From assembly GCF_036321535.1 (NCBI RefSeq), contig NC_087436.1, positions 74,588,001 to 74,652,000 on the forward strand: 64,000 nucleotides of DNA, in the 5' to 3' direction. The position numbers and the translations under genes were made by a program. The notes beneath the pieces are model-generated. The model searched no databases. It had not been told where the DNA came from and worked only from the letters and a program-made list of their open reading frames with translations. Positions 1 to 13,743 of this stretch are shown here, one piece after another (the stretch's first letter is position 1; each line of letters opens with the position of its first letter). This DNA is from Camelus dromedarius. Its lineage: Eukaryota.

Positions 1-668
1 AGGATTAAACAAAACAAACAAACAAAACCCTGTAGCCTATTACAAAGTATTTTTAGGTCTTGAATTACCACCAGTATATGCTCTGTTGAGGAATTAATAC
101 TGTGGAGATACCTGATGGATCATAGGAAGAGGTAGATTTAGGGAGAATGAACTGTAATTCATGACTTGTTTATTTTCTTAAAAACTTTATCGCTCCTCAA
201 AAGGTTTTTACAGGTTTGGCTTTAATTTGAAGTTAAGAATGAAAAAAAAAAAGTGTTAAGTGTTAATTTTTTTATCTATGTGACAAGGATGGTCCAACTT
301 CTTAAATTTTAAAACTGAACTGCACCAACTATCAAAAGGATAGTTTTAGATTGAGTTTGACTGCTAATCTTTGCACATTTATAACCTCTCTCTTTCACAG
401 CATTTGAAGGAAGGGACTGATAAGCCTGACAACGTTTGATGATTTACTTGATGATTAATTTGAGTTTCCATTTTGAAATAAATGGAAGACGACACATTCT
501 GAAATAAAGAAGAAGCAAATGACAGTAGAACAACCACGAAATTAAGCTATGGTGTTTCCTCCTAGACTCTTACCTCCTTTCGAGTTCAGTAAAAAGGCTT
601 ATCACTTTAGAAGGCTCTTTTTGGTGTTATTTTCTGTCCAAACAACACTGTTTAAAAGATGCTTTCTT

Positions 669-760
669 GGCGGGGAAGGTAATAGCTCAGCGGTAGAGCA
701 CATACTTAGCATGCACAAGGTCCTGGGTTCTAATCCCCAGCACCTCCATTAAAAAAATAG
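669..760 (+). mobile_element. tRNA-Ala-derived SINE (camelid Vic-1 type)
   Basis: A box TAGCTCAGCGG, TTAGCAT anticodon-like loop, B-box-like GGTTCTAATCC, A-rich tail; TSD-like agatgctttct / agatggtttct. Confidence 0.85.
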
Positions 761-1465
761 AGATGGTTTCTGCCTTTGCTGTCAAACACCATGTTCTCTC
801 CTGGTCTTTGGAACCAACGCTCTGAAAGTGAGACTTGTCTTTGGCATCAGGTCGCATCCTGGCATAATGTGATAGAAGCTGATTTTCAAGAGAATTGGTG
901 TGATTTTTAAAAATGTAAAAGTAGGTGAAACCATTTTTGTTTTGGTGAATACTTGGGTTCTCTGCTCCTAGCAGTTTCCAGCTCATCAGAAGAAAGAAAG
1001 GATGCTATCCTGCATAGAGCTGACTGTTCCAGTCTTCTAACGAATGAAAACTTTGGTATTACTCTTAGGAGCATACAAAAATCAAGCTCCTAGAGTGGCT
1101 GGGAGGGGTCCGAAAGGAGTGGTTGGTTATTCAAAGAATAAGCTTCTTTGTTATTGCTATGTGTCACAGAGTAACACTTCCTTTTATGCTGTAAAGAGAA
1201 CGAGGTAGCACAGAAGAGGAAATGACGAGGGTGCTTTCTTCCAGTGCCAGATGGGAGGAAGTAAAGGGGTTCAGAGACGGAACTAAAAATTATCCCGTAT
1301 CTTCTTAATTTTGCATCTAGGTAGAAAGTCTGATGTTTAATATCATCTCTGTTTTCTAAATGAAGTTTTACAATTTTCATTTATTTGTTTTTTCTCTTTT
1401 ATTTATTTGTCTAATTACTTCTCTTATGTTGGAGTTGTATAAAAACGGATGTGTTTGGTTTATAG

Positions 1466-1627
1466 GTGAACATCATCCCAATAATTGCAAAAGCTGACAC
1501 CATTGCCAAGAACGAATTGCACAAATTCAAGAGTAAGATCATGAGTGAACTAGTCAGCAATGGAGTCCAGATATATCAGTTCCCCACAGACGAAGAAACA
1601 GTGGCAGAGATCAATGCGACGATGAGT
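1466..1627 (+). CDS. SEPT11: Septin-11 coding exon (human exon 5 equivalent), [12 protein letters not shown]...EINATMS
   Basis: tttatag acceptor, gtaagt donor, 162 nt, phase 0/0; contains the septin G4 AKAD motif. Confidence 0.97.
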
Positions 1628-2522
1628 GTAAGTCCCCAAGTAAGGAAAGACAGCTAGTGATGTTCCTGAATGCTTGTCTTAGTGGCAACTTTGTGCAGTG
1701 GCTGCAGCACTGGACCAGGAATTGGATGTCCTCAGTCTGGTCCAACTCTGCCTGTCCTTCATGTCATTTAATCACCTGCTTCTCAGTTTCTCCGTCTATC
1801 AGATGGGAGAGGTAGACAAGATCTCAAGTTTCCTGCCTGTTCTAAGTTATGATTTCTACAGCAAATCTCGTGGGAAGGGACTGCCAGCCCAGCGCTGTTT
1901 CTCACAAAGCTGCTTAGAGGAAATAGCTTGCTCTGCTTGCTTCCACTGATGTTGGCAGAAACACATCCACCTGCTCGCTTTCGCTTCTGTGATTTGTTTT
2001 TGTCTTTTCTTCCTTTCTGTGTTTCCCACCCTTTCCTGAATCATTCAGTAAACTGGCAGGGGAGGGTACCATTTCCATATCACAGGGAGGAATGAGTGGT
2101 CAGGAGACAGATGATGAGAGCTTCGGCAGTCTAAGTGTGCCTGTGGGAGCATCTCCCTCGGCGAGCCTCTCTCCTGCAGCTGAGACCCGTCCCTCCCACT
2201 GTCCTGGCTCATTTCTGAGCCACGTGATGGTCCAGATCTCCTTCCATTTGAGGATGCATAACTTCTGTAGAAGTAGCCTTCTTCACACATAGTTGATGGT
2301 TCTCAGAATTCTTGTAGGCTAGCCTCAGTGAAACGTAATTCGAAGCTGTTAAATGGCTTGGCCTTCCCTGAATATGTGCTCAACACTGATTTGGAAGTAT
2401 GCTGGTGGCAGCAGAAGTCAGTCCAGGTTTTCTAATTTGTGGTTCGTTGAGATATGTTCTGTTTTCCTTAGATCTGATCATGAAAAATATCTAATCGAGT
2501 CCTTATTAAAGGCACTAAAGTC

Positions 2523-2756
2523 ACTTTATTGAGGTCTAATTGATATACTGTACAACTCACCCATTTAAATGATACAATTCAGTAGCTTTTAGTATGATCA
2601 CAGAGTTGTGCGACCATTGCCACAGTCAATTTGAGAACATTTTCATCACCCCAGAAAGAAACTATGTGCCTTTTAGCAGTCAGCCCTCTAACCACCCCAG
2701 ACATCGGCAACCACTAATCTGTCTCCTTATCGCTGTAGATTTGCCTGTTCTGGACA
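2523..2756 (-). mobile_element. Old L1 (L1M-type) 3' end fragment
   Basis: ctttattgagg...acaattcagtagcttttagt...catcaccccagaaagaaac...atttgcctgttctggaca, typical antisense L1 3' UTR. Confidence 0.8.
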
Positions 2757-4618
2757 AAGAAAGTCATACTGAAGCTCTTCTGGAGAATTAAATGACTTGA
2801 TGAAAGCCATCCAGTTAATAGCAGCACCGAGATTTCAGCCCAGCCAGCCTGGTCTCCAGTCCTGTGTTGTCTACCATGATTATTAGGAGATGATGACAGA
2901 ACTGCTTCCTTTTTCAGTTCACACGTGGACTGTTCTATATGGGGCTCTTAATCATTTAAGGAGGAATTTCTCCCTTAAATCATTCCCAACATGACTAGGA
3001 CTTTGGGAAGGAATATAACATTTCCCTTCTCTGAGAAATCACCAAATTTACAATTTAGGGATCTCATTAATAATGCAGAGATGGCTCGGCTCTGCTCTGC
3101 CCCAGTCTGGTCACACTCTGAGTCATGTGAGCCCCTCTGGCTGTCATGCTCCTGTGGCCAGGAGAGTGAAGGATGTGGAATCCCTGGAAGAAACTGGAGA
3201 GCAGCTTCTTCCTGGGACATGGCCATGAGGACATGTGAGAGGAAGGCTGTCGCAGGGAGAGTGACTAGACTTAGTCAAAAGGAGGAACCAAAGCCGACAG
3301 GGGTTTTGGCCTATGTGAAGTGCATGTGTAGCTTTCACAAGTGGTTAGTGGACCACAGATTCTGTTTCAACTCACTTGGAAGAGATACTGTGGAGGGAAT
3401 TCCTACATGGGGTCCCAGCCCTAAAATTCTGTACATAAATGGGTATTGAGAGCTTCACAATAACAGTGCCTGACTTATTGACATTTATGGAGCATTTCTG
3501 ATACATCAGGCACTGTTTGAGGCTCCACATTTAATGCTTACAATAGTCCCATGGGGAGGTGGTTATTACTCCCACCTCACATGTCAGGAGATGGCAGCCC
3601 ACAGCTAAGAGTGAACAGCTGTCAGTGATGGAGCAGGATGTGAACCCAGGTGCTTTGGCTGAAGCCGACACTCTCACCCTTTATCCTAACGGCCATCCAA
3701 GCAGAGGACCATACTTGGTTAGAGCATCGTCCAGGGCTTAGGCTGTGATGGCGCTTGTTTATTCTGCTGTCAAACTGCAATCTGAGCTCATTGTGGGAAT
3801 CAGGAAGTAACATGAATGAATACCATCCAGTTTTCCTCTGTATATCCCTTCCCTTCCTTTTAAATCCTTTTGCATGGTCATAAAACTAAGTCTGTGTTAA
3901 ATTTCTTGGAAAGAAAATATCCATGAACCTTTGCTACTTTCTCTCTATCAGATTCATGGAACTGATATTCCCCAATTAACCTTGCTCTATCAAGAAGTTT
4001 TTTTGTAGGCAAACCGTTCCTGGTGACAAAATCCTGTATGGTATGTGGGAAACAGATTTCATTGGTGGTTACTCTTGTCACTCCATTCAAGTGGAGAAAG
4101 CAGGTTCCTTGGTCACTACATCAGAATGTTGGCTGGGAGGGTCCTGCTGCTCCTCAGCTTTTCAGTTCCCAACTTGGAGAGAGAGAATGTGCTTTCTTTC
4201 CTGCCTGCAGAGTGTGAGATGAACTAGAAAATATAAATATCTTGAGCATCAGACAAAATACCACTTGGGCAGCCTGGGCTGAGGGTTATGCCAAGCTCTT
4301 TGTGGGAGGGGATTTGGCTTTAATACATTCTTGTCTTTCTCAATTTGTCTGAAGTGGAGGAACACATCTCCAGGAACCCTAAATAATAATTCTCAGAGCA
4401 GCCATCTCAAATGTTATTCTTACATGCTAATAGAAAAAAAACCAAAATGACTTGAGAGAAAACAGAATGTAGCCATAGCTACAGAATAAACCAGTGTGGC
4501 ACAGTTAGGGTTCTTGAACACTGTCTCTGCTCAAGATCAGTCTGGGCAAGGCTGGAGCAATAATTTGGGCTAAAGTGTATTTCTTACTTGAATTTTGTGC
4601 CATGATCAACTGTCTAAA

Positions 4619-5190
4619 GCAATGCTGTTCAGTAGAAATATAATATGAACGACACAAGTGATTTAAAATTTTTTAGCAGCCACATTTAAAAAAGTAGAAA
4701 GAAACATGAGATTAATTTTAAGAACTTGTTTAACACAATATATCAAAAATATTATCATTCTAACATGGAATCAATATTAAAATTCTTGAGATGTTTTCAT
4801 AGTAGGGCTTTGACATTCAATGTATGTTTTACAGTTACAGCACATCCCGACTTGGACGCATACCCCACTTACTCCTAACAAACTTTAAAGTTTTTCAAGA
4901 TGAAATAAGTACCCAAAAGATCATTTTCCAGTATGTTTGCATACATATTGACAAAACTGGTTCTTTTTTTTTTTTCCGAAGATTTGAGTGTGATGCAAAA
5001 TGAAATACAGTCCTATCAAAACAATAGTTATATTCAATGGAAAAATATTTCACACTGCTTCCCTTTAAAATTTAAATGTAAATTAATTCAAAGGAAATAT
5101 AATTAGAAATTTCTGGATCTTACAGGCCTCATTTCAGGTGCTCAATAGCACATGAAGTAGTGGCTACTCTCAGACCATGGGCAGCACACA
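4619..5190. mobile_element. hAT-Charlie remnant (MER33/Charlie1-like)
   Basis: caatgctgttcagtagaaatataat start and catttcaggtgctcaatagcacatg..gtggctac end motifs. Confidence 0.7.
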
Positions 5191-5425
5191 CTTGGTGTAT
5201 AATCAGAGACTCTAGTTTCTCCTTGAGTCTGACTCCTGTCAAATATTCAGTATCTGGTTGCAGGGGGGTCGGATCCACGAAGCCCACCCACGCTGAGCTG
5301 TAGGGCCTCCTCACTCTCCTGCCCTCTCTCCACCTGCCCCCGTGTGGAGGCTGCAGGTGGGGGGGGGGAGCCCATCTTCGTCAGCACAGGGAGGGTGACC
5401 ACTCTCTCCTCGTGTTGCCCGGCAG

Positions 5426-5522
5426 GTCCACCTCCCCTTCGCCGTGGTTGGCAGCACTGAAGAGGTGAAGATCGGCAACAAGATGGCAAAGGCCAGGCAG
5501 TACCCCTGGGGCGTGGTGCAGG
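5426..5522 (+). CDS. SEPT11: Septin-11 coding exon 6, [32 protein letters not shown]
   Basis: ggcag acceptor, gtatgt donor, 97 nt; PFAVVGS and RQYPWG septin motifs. Confidence 0.97.
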
Positions 5523-5640
5523 GTATGTATGCATTGCGGGGAGGGTTTCCCCATGTGGGACCCTCCCCACTGGGTCTGGGGAGAGTGGGAGGGAGCAGCA
5601 GGGTTTCACACCTGGTGGTCGTGGAGACAAGAAAGAGATG

Positions 5641-5720
5641 GTGGGAGAGGGTATAGCTCAAGTGGTAGACCTAATTACCTCCCCCTCCCCCCACCAAAAG
5701 AAAGAAGGAAAGAAATGGTG
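5641..5720 (+). mobile_element. Internally deleted Vic-1-type SINE
   Basis: Head gggagagggtatagctcaagtggtaga joined directly to tail cctaattacctccc; TSD-like aaagagatggt / aaagaaatggt. Confidence 0.7.
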
Positions 5721-6754
5721 ACCAGGCTGGTCAATGGTAGGAAGAATGGCTGCCAAGCCCTAGTGCCAATGAGGTGGTCCCTCAAGGCCCCGGGTTGTGT
5801 GGGAAATTTAATAGAAATTCCTGGTAGAAAAGAGTTCCTCCCTGGGAATTCCATCTGGTTTCATCAGCAAAGTCTAAGAAAGCTGCAGAAAATTTCTCCA
5901 TTATTTCTGGAAAAATTGTCTTCCAGTTCAGTGTTATCTCAGTAAAAATCCGAGAATTATGAGAAGTGATCTACATTTGGCATTGTGGGACAGGACCACG
6001 GTCTCTAACCTGAAGACACTTCCCATGTGTCACTTTGATGGGCAAGGACTTCGTTACTTGTCCCTGTGTGTTTGAAGGAGGATGTCCAATGCTCTGGATT
6101 AAGTAGGGTGGCTGCAGAAAGTTCCTTCATTGGTTTAAGATATGTCAGTCCTTTTTTTGTTCTGAATAAAGACAGTATATCTGTGAGAAATGAGAAAACA
6201 CAGTACCTTGGAGACGTGTAGGAAAATTGTAATTTTTATGAATCTTCCCAATTTCTCTCCAATAAGAAATCTTTTTTCAGTGTGTTGTTGATAAAATGAA
6301 AGGAGGTGGTACATAAAAACTGCCTCGTAGAGGGCCAGACGGCATGGCGTGGTAGAAATTGGCCTGGCCTTGGAGCCAGGTGTGATGGTGTGTGAGTACA
6401 GACCATGCTGCCGCCCTCTGGCAGGTCAGCTTGCTCCTCCAAGCCGGGCTTCGCATGCGCGAAGCAGGAGTCACAGTGCCTGCTTGGCAAATTGTGACAA
6501 AGGGTCAAGGCAGTGCTTGTAAAGCCCCTCCCGTAGTGCCCGCACGGAGTAGGCACTCAGCAGTCGCCATCGTCATTGCACTCATGGTCACTGTGGTCAG
6601 AAATCTTGTGTCCTTTTGGATGTGAGGAGGATCCAGTAAAGGACCTTCAAGGAGCCTTGAGACCTCGGAGATGTCAGGAGTGATGGTAATGCCATAGAAA
6701 CATCCCTTCCGATTTTAGTGACAGCCCCGCTGCTTTCTCCTCCATCTCTTGCAG

Positions 6755-6923
6755 TCGAGAATGAAAACCATTGTGATTTTGTGAAGCTTCGGGAGATGCT
6801 GATCCGCGTGAACATGGAAGATTTGCGAGAACAGACTCACACCCGCCATTATGAATTGTATCGGCGCTGTAAACTCGAAGAGATGGGGTTCAAGGACACT
6901 GACCCTGACAGCAAGCCCTTCAG
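6755..6923 (+). CDS. SEPT11: Septin-11 coding exon 7, (V)[15 protein letters not shown]...DSKPF(S)
   Basis: ttgcag acceptor, gtacaa donor, 169 nt; septin unique element; phase fits neighbouring exons. Confidence 0.97.
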
Positions 6924-8295
6924 GTACAAAGGCACCTAGCAGTCGGGGCCCCCAGACAGCAGTGGAGCGGGGGTGTGTGCTGGTGCGTTACAGAAATGCC
7001 AGTTGGATTCAGATATCAGGGGTGGGGGGCTTTGGGGGTAGATTGATAGCACGTATTGCCAGGCATTGCGATAACCACTTCATTTGCATCATCTCAGGTA
7101 GCTGACGTAGCTGGTGTCACTGTCACATCCTCATTTTAAACAGTCTAGGAAATGATGGCACTGAAAAGTGTAAACAGGCTGCCCAAGTAGGAAGTGACAG
7201 GCGTGTTCTTAACCGTTATACTCACAGAGGCCCCAGGACCCGGTCCAGGCATTTACAAAGATGTGGACGCTCATTACAGTTTGCCCAGTTCATCTTTGCC
7301 AAACAGGTTTAACTTGCCAAAGCTCCTACTTTTTGAAGCACTCGTATCAGCCTTAGGTGAATCGGTACGATTCTAACAATACGAGTGAGTAGGAGAAGGA
7401 ATAATTTCCAGAACATTTGTTACGTGTTTCCCCACACCATGGATGGATGCAGATGAAGAGGCAAAATGTGAAGGGGAGAATATCGAAATTAATGTAGAAT
7501 TAGTGGCCCAGCAAAGGCCAGGCCGTGGCAGAGCCCAGTGACGGGGAGGGGTCAGCAGGGGCGGAGTGCCGGGCCGCACAGTCTGGGTGAGTCGTCAGAG
7601 GAGGGCGAGGCTGCTGGGCCGGGTTTGCCGCCTCCTGGTACAGAAGTGGATTGCTTTGTCTCCGCTGAGCTGTGTAATTTCTTAATGGGGATTTGCATTG
7701 AGGTGATGTGAGGTGTGTCTGTGCTTGGTGCCTAAACTGATCGGGGACCACACTTCCTTGGAAAAGATGGTTTTCCTCCTCTTTTGTGGCTGGCCCTGTA
7801 ACTCATGCTCAGATGTGTAGGAGGCTGTGTGCAGTGCCGGTGGACTCCATCCCCTGGATCTCAGCTGTCATCAGGGTTGGAGGGGGTTACTTTCTTAGAA
7901 TCACTTTAGAGATAGTTTGGTGAACTCCAGGCTGGTCTCCTGGGACAGTGCCTGTGGAGCGCTGTGAGCATGCATGTATTTGGTGAGAACAATTGGAGAC
8001 CCCAGACAAAAGGCTTCTAACCAAGAAGTTAACTTGTAGCCAAGTTTGCATCATTTAGTCCTGCCCCAAGGGCTGGTAAAACTGACCCTCCTCAACCACA
8101 TGAAGTGTGCTTTCCGAGGCAGGGTGGAGGATGCCTTTTGTGCACACAAGTCCAGCTCACTGAACCTTGAAATGCAATGACTGAAAAATAGTCCCTGCAA
8201 CATCAGGCCTACTCTGGTTATTAAACCTGATGAAAATGGGTTTTGTGTGGCAGACGCCGTCTTTGTTCACCACATAGCTTACATGGGCTAGATCA

Positions 8296-8510
8296 GGGCA
8301 CAGTCAGACCTAGTGCCACGTGGGAGATGTTTTAGGCTCTGTGGACCATGTGATCTCTGTCCCAACTATTCAGTCCACTCTCACGTGAGAGCTGCTGGAG
8401 ATCTTAACCTAAGTGAATGGACGGGGCTGTGTTCCAATAAAACTGTATTTTCAAAAACAGGCAAAGAGGGGCCAGATTTCACGCTTAGGCTGTAATTTGC
8501 CAACCCAGGA
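8296..8510. mobile_element. MER58A-like hAT MITE
   Basis: gtgttccaataaaactgtattttcaaaaacagg and tttgccaaccc motifs. Confidence 0.7.
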
Positions 8511-10284
8511 CTAGGTCATAACTTGGAGCCCATACACTGCCTGCAGAAGTTCGAATGCATGGGACTGTTTCTTAAGTCCGTTAGAGGTAATTTACCTCCA
8601 GAATGTCAAGAGCCAGTCAGCACAGCTCTGTCCCCTGCATTCCCTTCCACCCTCTCGACCGATAGGCTGCTTGGGTCCCTGGAAACCAGGATGTGAGGAT
8701 TTCCTGCTGCTGCAGTGGGGCAGCCTCCTCTGCTGCCTCTGTCTCTGCCTTTGAATTGCAACATCTCCTCTGAGGCCACGGTCACTGCCCACCCGGAGGA
8801 GCGTTGCTAGGTACATCCAGCAGGTTCTGCAAGGCCTAGCAGAGCGGGGTCCAGCCCACTGCTCTGGTCTCCCTGTCTCCAGGGCCTTCAGGATGGGCAG
8901 GAGGTGCCGCTGAGGTCTGACTTGTGGAGAACGGTACTTCATTCCCTGAAAAGGGAGGAGCCTCCCCCCCCTCATTTGCATTTGGTTCTGCTGGCCTGGG
9001 GGTTTCTTTTTGATGATGAAAAGGAGGGAATTTATGTATCTATATGTGTGTATATATATAAAACATATACATAAATGCAGAACCAAGGCCTTTACACTTT
9101 TCCCTGCATAAAAAAATAAGTAGAGAAAAGTGGACTTTCTAAAAATAAATACCTTCCATCATCTCAATTGCTGGAACCCTGCAGGTAGTTTCTCTGCTTA
9201 GAAATCCACTCGCTCCGCCACAGGCAGCCCTCTTGGTGCAGGCAGGGTGATTTGGAACATAAACATTGGCTTTGAGTCCCAGGTCTTGGCAGAGAGCAAA
9301 GTGAAATGAACTTGGTGTTCCTTTCCTTGGAAACCACTGCTTCACAAAGGGTCTGGCCTTTCCCTTGGAGGAGTTTCCGGCCTCCCCAGCCCTTCCTGTG
9401 AGCCTGGCGGAGGGTGCAGGAGGGGACCTGCATGAAGGATCACTCAATTAAGGAAAAGCGAAAGCCACAGTTGGTTTGAGGGATTTCCCAGAATTTTCAC
9501 CTCTCCTGGATGCTCATACACGACTTGCTTTTCCTGTAAACTTAGGGTGAGCTTGGAGGAGTCTCAATGCAGGACTTAAGGGTTTTTATATTCTCAGAGT
9601 AGAGGTGTCCTTCATGAGGGTACAGGGAAGTCCATCCTCCCCTCTGGGCACCCAGCATTCACCGTTTTCCACTGGGGCCTCACTTGTGTTTATAAAGCAG
9701 AGGGTGGCCTCTAAAGCCAAGGCTTAGTAAGTGGCAGCTCCCCTGAATAAGTGACACTGAGTGACACAAAACCAGGAGCTGGGCGAGCACAGTGACTGGC
9801 CGCATTCAAGCCTTGGGAGTGCGTCCTCGGCACCAGAGCCCAGCCGCCCCCGGTGGTGTCCTTCCCCTTGTCTGGGTGCAGGGTTGTGTCTCTCTTGTCT
9901 TGAGGCAGGACCCCTGCAGCCTTGGAGCTCACGGTTCAGCCCAGCCAGAGCACCCAGGCCTTCCCTGGACCCCGGTCCCCCAGACCTGGCATTTGGGGTA
10001 GAAGGAGGGATGTAGCCCATGGACGAGGACTGGTCTTGTCCCTGCTGCTTGTCTCCTGGGACGCCACTGCCTTCTTCCCAGCCTTGCCTATCCTCACACC
10101 CCTTCCTCGTCTCAAATGCCATCTTCAGCTTGACTCTACCTGTCAGATCACAAAATGTGCTCCTTCCGCACCACTCTCTCAGGAGATCACAGCATTCTCA
10201 GGCCAATGAGACCTGTTCATTTCTAGGAGGCTGTAGGCCTCGCTTCCCCAGCGGTGCGGGAGACGGAGCCCCTGTCTGAGCTAG

Positions 10285-10450
10285 GTGGTCCGGGCGCAGA
10301 TCCTGGCTCTGTTGCTTCATTGTGTGACCTGGACAGGTTACTAAATGCCTCTGTGTCCATGTTTCTCCATCTGTAAAATGGGAGGTGATCATAAGGTCTA
10401 CCTGATTGGGTTGTTGTAAGGACAGTGCTTTCGCGTGTGTAAGTTCCTCC
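10285..10450 (+). mobile_element. MIR SINE (similar MIR fragments near 3460-3680, 7060-7200, 13860-14010, 57270-57450, 57850-58050, 62590-62790)
   Basis: Core tgtgtgacctggacaggtta...tttctccatctgtaaaatggga. Confidence 0.7.
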
Positions 10451-11509
10451 ATGGACACCAGTGACGTGTGATGCTCCGGCCTGTCCTCCATGGTCTGGTT
10501 CCGGGAGACGTGACAGGGAGAGAGTTGTGCTGTGTGAATTCGCTCCCCCTTCCATGGACCTCCAGGAGTAAAACCTGCCTGTATGAAGGCTAAGAGGAAA
10601 TGAGAAGATAAAAGCCTATTTTAAACCATCCTAAAACCTCATGAGAAAATTGTTCACTTCTCACTTGGAAAAGGTTGTTAATAACTACAATTAAAAGTTA
10701 AGTTAGAAGGGCTCAAAATTGCAAAAGGTATCATCACTTCAGGTCTCTGAGAGGATGATACAGGACCAGTTCCTTCTGGGCTGGTTTTTACTGGCTGGAA
10801 GCATTGGGGAGGGTGTCTGGTGTCTCTCGTTGATGCAAGGATTTCTGCGGCACCTGGGGAGTAGGACCTGGGAAGGCCGTGGCTGCTCCAAGTCACTTCT
10901 CGGAAACGCACTGCAGTGGACTCCTTGGAGGGAGGTGTTATGATTTCTTTCTCATAGGGGGCTTATTTCTAATGCATAGTTCCCGAGCTGATTCACATGC
11001 CTGGGTGCCGTCTAATAAGCTGCGTTTGCTGAGACCATCTTGTTCCTTAATCTTTCTCGAGGACACGTGCTTTCCAACTTTGGGCCGCAACCTTCACTAC
11101 GAAACATGTTGTGTGTCCTGATCCAATGTATGCATTCCATGAAGTAATACCTGCTCTTATTGTTTGCATTGCATTCGGGTTTCTTCTATCCTGTTCTCTA
11201 AACTTTTTCTTTTTACATTTAGGCTAAGACTCTCAACTGGGTTGTGACCCATAGTTTGAAAAACGTGTCTCCAGAAACTGGAGCCCGAACTAGGTAGTGG
11301 CTGGGACTGGAGTAGGCAGAGTTATCCCACGAGTTCTTAGAATCCCCCGGTAGCTTTCCCCAAAGGACATTCTCTCTGTAGGTGACTTAGCAAAAGTTTC
11401 CATGATTAAACAAATTTGGGGAGGTCCAAGTGAGTCAACTAAAACAGGTTTGTTTGTTTTTTGTTTTTATAAAATTGAAGGACTTCTCTGAGCATTTAAG
11501 ACAAACAAT

Positions 11510-11690
11510 GGTTGGCAGGCTAGTTACATCAAGTCACCTGGAAGCACTTGAAAAATACAGATTACTTTGCCTTCGCCTGACATCCTGAATCAGCATCTCC
11601 AGGAGTGGAGTTAGGAAACTGCATTTAGAGAAGTCCAGTTAAACGTGCCCAGGTGGTCCTGACCTGCTGCTGGACGTGGGAGCCACCACG
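11510..11690. mobile_element. MER5-like hAT MITE
   Basis: catcaagtcacctgga...aaaaatacagatt...ctgaatcagcatct motifs. Confidence 0.6.
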
Positions 11691-13610
11691 CACTGTGACT
11701 CACTGAAAGGGGGTCACGCGTGGCTTTTCCCTTTTATTTTTTTGACTTGGGAATCCCTCCTGTGAAGATTTCTTGAAACAAGCAATCTCTGGAACACATT
11801 TTGGGTCATGTTTCTTGGTAGTGTTTCTAGAATCGGTGTTCCATTGCTTGTTGGAAAGAAGAGGGGGGTGTATTTATTATCTTAAAATCGACAAAAACGG
11901 GCTTTCCCCCCAAATTTCATAGCAGGGACAAGTCATCCTCTGCCTTTGGCAGTTCTGACCCAAATAATAGTGATGAAGAGCTTATTAGAAGCTGATGAGC
12001 AAAATCAAACTCATGAACTGGTTCTGTGTCATCCTCTCAGATACCTAAAGTGATGACACCTTCCAATTTTTAGCCCTTACAACTCAATTTTTATTGTAGT
12101 TATTAACACCCTTTTCCGAGTGAGGCGCGAACAATTTTCTATATTTTTATTATCAATACATTTCTATATCTCTGTGGCTACGTAGCTTAAATTTCAAGTC
12201 CAATTATTACTATTTATATTGGCCAACAGTAACGCTGGCCAAATGTGCTTTTGTCTCATAAGATAATGAAAGAGCTAAAGACACCTCCAGAAACTCTAAA
12301 CTCGTGTTTGTCCATGAACAGGTAATGTTGACATTCCTGAGGGCAGGAGAACTTATTTCTTCATCCACCAGTAAAAGTGTTGATGAAAGAAGTCTAAACA
12401 ATCCTAATTAATACAGTTTGTAAGTGTTTAGCTCTTTGTGAATGTATATCTACATGCACATGCTTCCCTACAGCTGAATGTCCTTTTTCTCCTTCTGAAT
12501 GGACAAGTGTGAATGCTGGGCTGGCTCTGCATGGAGCCTGGGGTCATCCACAGGTGCTGTCCGCTTTGGAGTGAGCACTTGGGATGAACTTGGTGCCCAG
12601 GGAAAGGTGGCTAATCCTGCAGGCTTGTATTACTGTTAACAACTCTTGTTCTAGGGAAGTGCAAGGGAGAGAGAGAAGTGGCACTTAGCCGCAGATGTTT
12701 CTCTGTTTGTGCGAGTGCAGGTTTGGGTGTCTGTTTCTCTAAGTTGTGTTACCGAAGGGGATTTTTTTTTTGTAAATATATTTGTTCTGACTTGGAGATA
12801 AAACTGAGTCATGGCATTTGCTTTAAAATATTGGGCCCTGGGTTCTGTAGACAGTCAGGAGGAGGATGAGGTTTAAAATAAAAATAAAATTCCTCCCTGC
12901 TCTGTTTACCATTGGTACTCTGGCTGGGAGAGTAGCAATTTTCTGTAGTATCTTTAGATACACTATTGTCTCTTTAGATGGATCCCTGAGGCTGTGTTCT
13001 AAATTGAGTTCTGGAAGGAGATGAATGGGGGAGGTGACATTTATTCAGCCCTTAGGCTGTGTCGCATGCTTTACTCACTCTGCCCACATTTTACTCCTAT
13101 AATCATCTCCCCAGAAGGCATTGTATCCACATCTCCTACAAAGAACCCTGAGGCTGAGAGGCCACACCCTTCCCCAGATCAGTAAGTTGCTGTGGCCAGA
13201 ATCCAAGCTGGGATCTGCCTGGTTCCCTGGCTGATGCATTCCTCTCCCTGTGCCCCCTCCATCTTCTGAAATTCTGAATCCCATCTTCAGTGTCTACCTG
13301 GTACTGATCCGGGAGTCGCTGGCCAGCCTGGGCTTCCCCTTTGTGACAATATGTGGGCTACAGCTTGGCCGGGAGGAGACACCCCATTAGTGCTGCGCTG
13401 TGCTCATTGCCTCCTCTCTGGTTCCTGATGCGCTTGTCTTTCTGTTTGTCACGTAACTGAAAAGAAGATGGTGCCATTTTGTGTGTCCTTAAACCCGGTG
13501 AGTGGCAGTTTTATCTGTTCCAGGGAAGTGATTGGGTAGAAATGGTATAAACCAAAATGTCTTGTTCTGCAACTTCATGACACTGTCCTTGGTTTGTGGC
13601 TTTTAAATAG

Positions 13611-13743
13611 TCTTCAGGAGACATATGAAGCCAAAAGGAATGAATTTCTGGGAGAACTTCAGAAGAAAGAAGAAGAAATGAGACAGATGTTTGTTATGAG
13701 AGTGAAGGAGAAAGAAGCTGAACTGAAAGAGGCGGAGAAAGAG
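13611..13743 (+). CDS. SEPT11: Septin-11 coding exon 8, [44 protein letters not shown] (coiled coil)
   Basis: aaatag acceptor, gtgagc donor, 133 nt, in frame. Confidence 0.97.

Noticed and set aside
669..750. tRNA-Ala(AGC) gene
   Set aside because: Degenerate acceptor stem, A-rich tail, TSD-like flanks and several diverged copies in the window indicate a SINE
2991..3449. 152-aa intronic ORF
   Set aside because: No recognisable domain or splice context; chance ORF
9030..9078. miRNA-like hairpin (atttatgtat...atacataaat)
   Set aside because: AT-rich simple repeat; self-complementarity is trivial
8592..10555. Cluster of 70-164 aa ORFs in SEPT11 intron 7
   Set aside because: GC-richer intron with overlapping ORFs on both strands and no protein-like features
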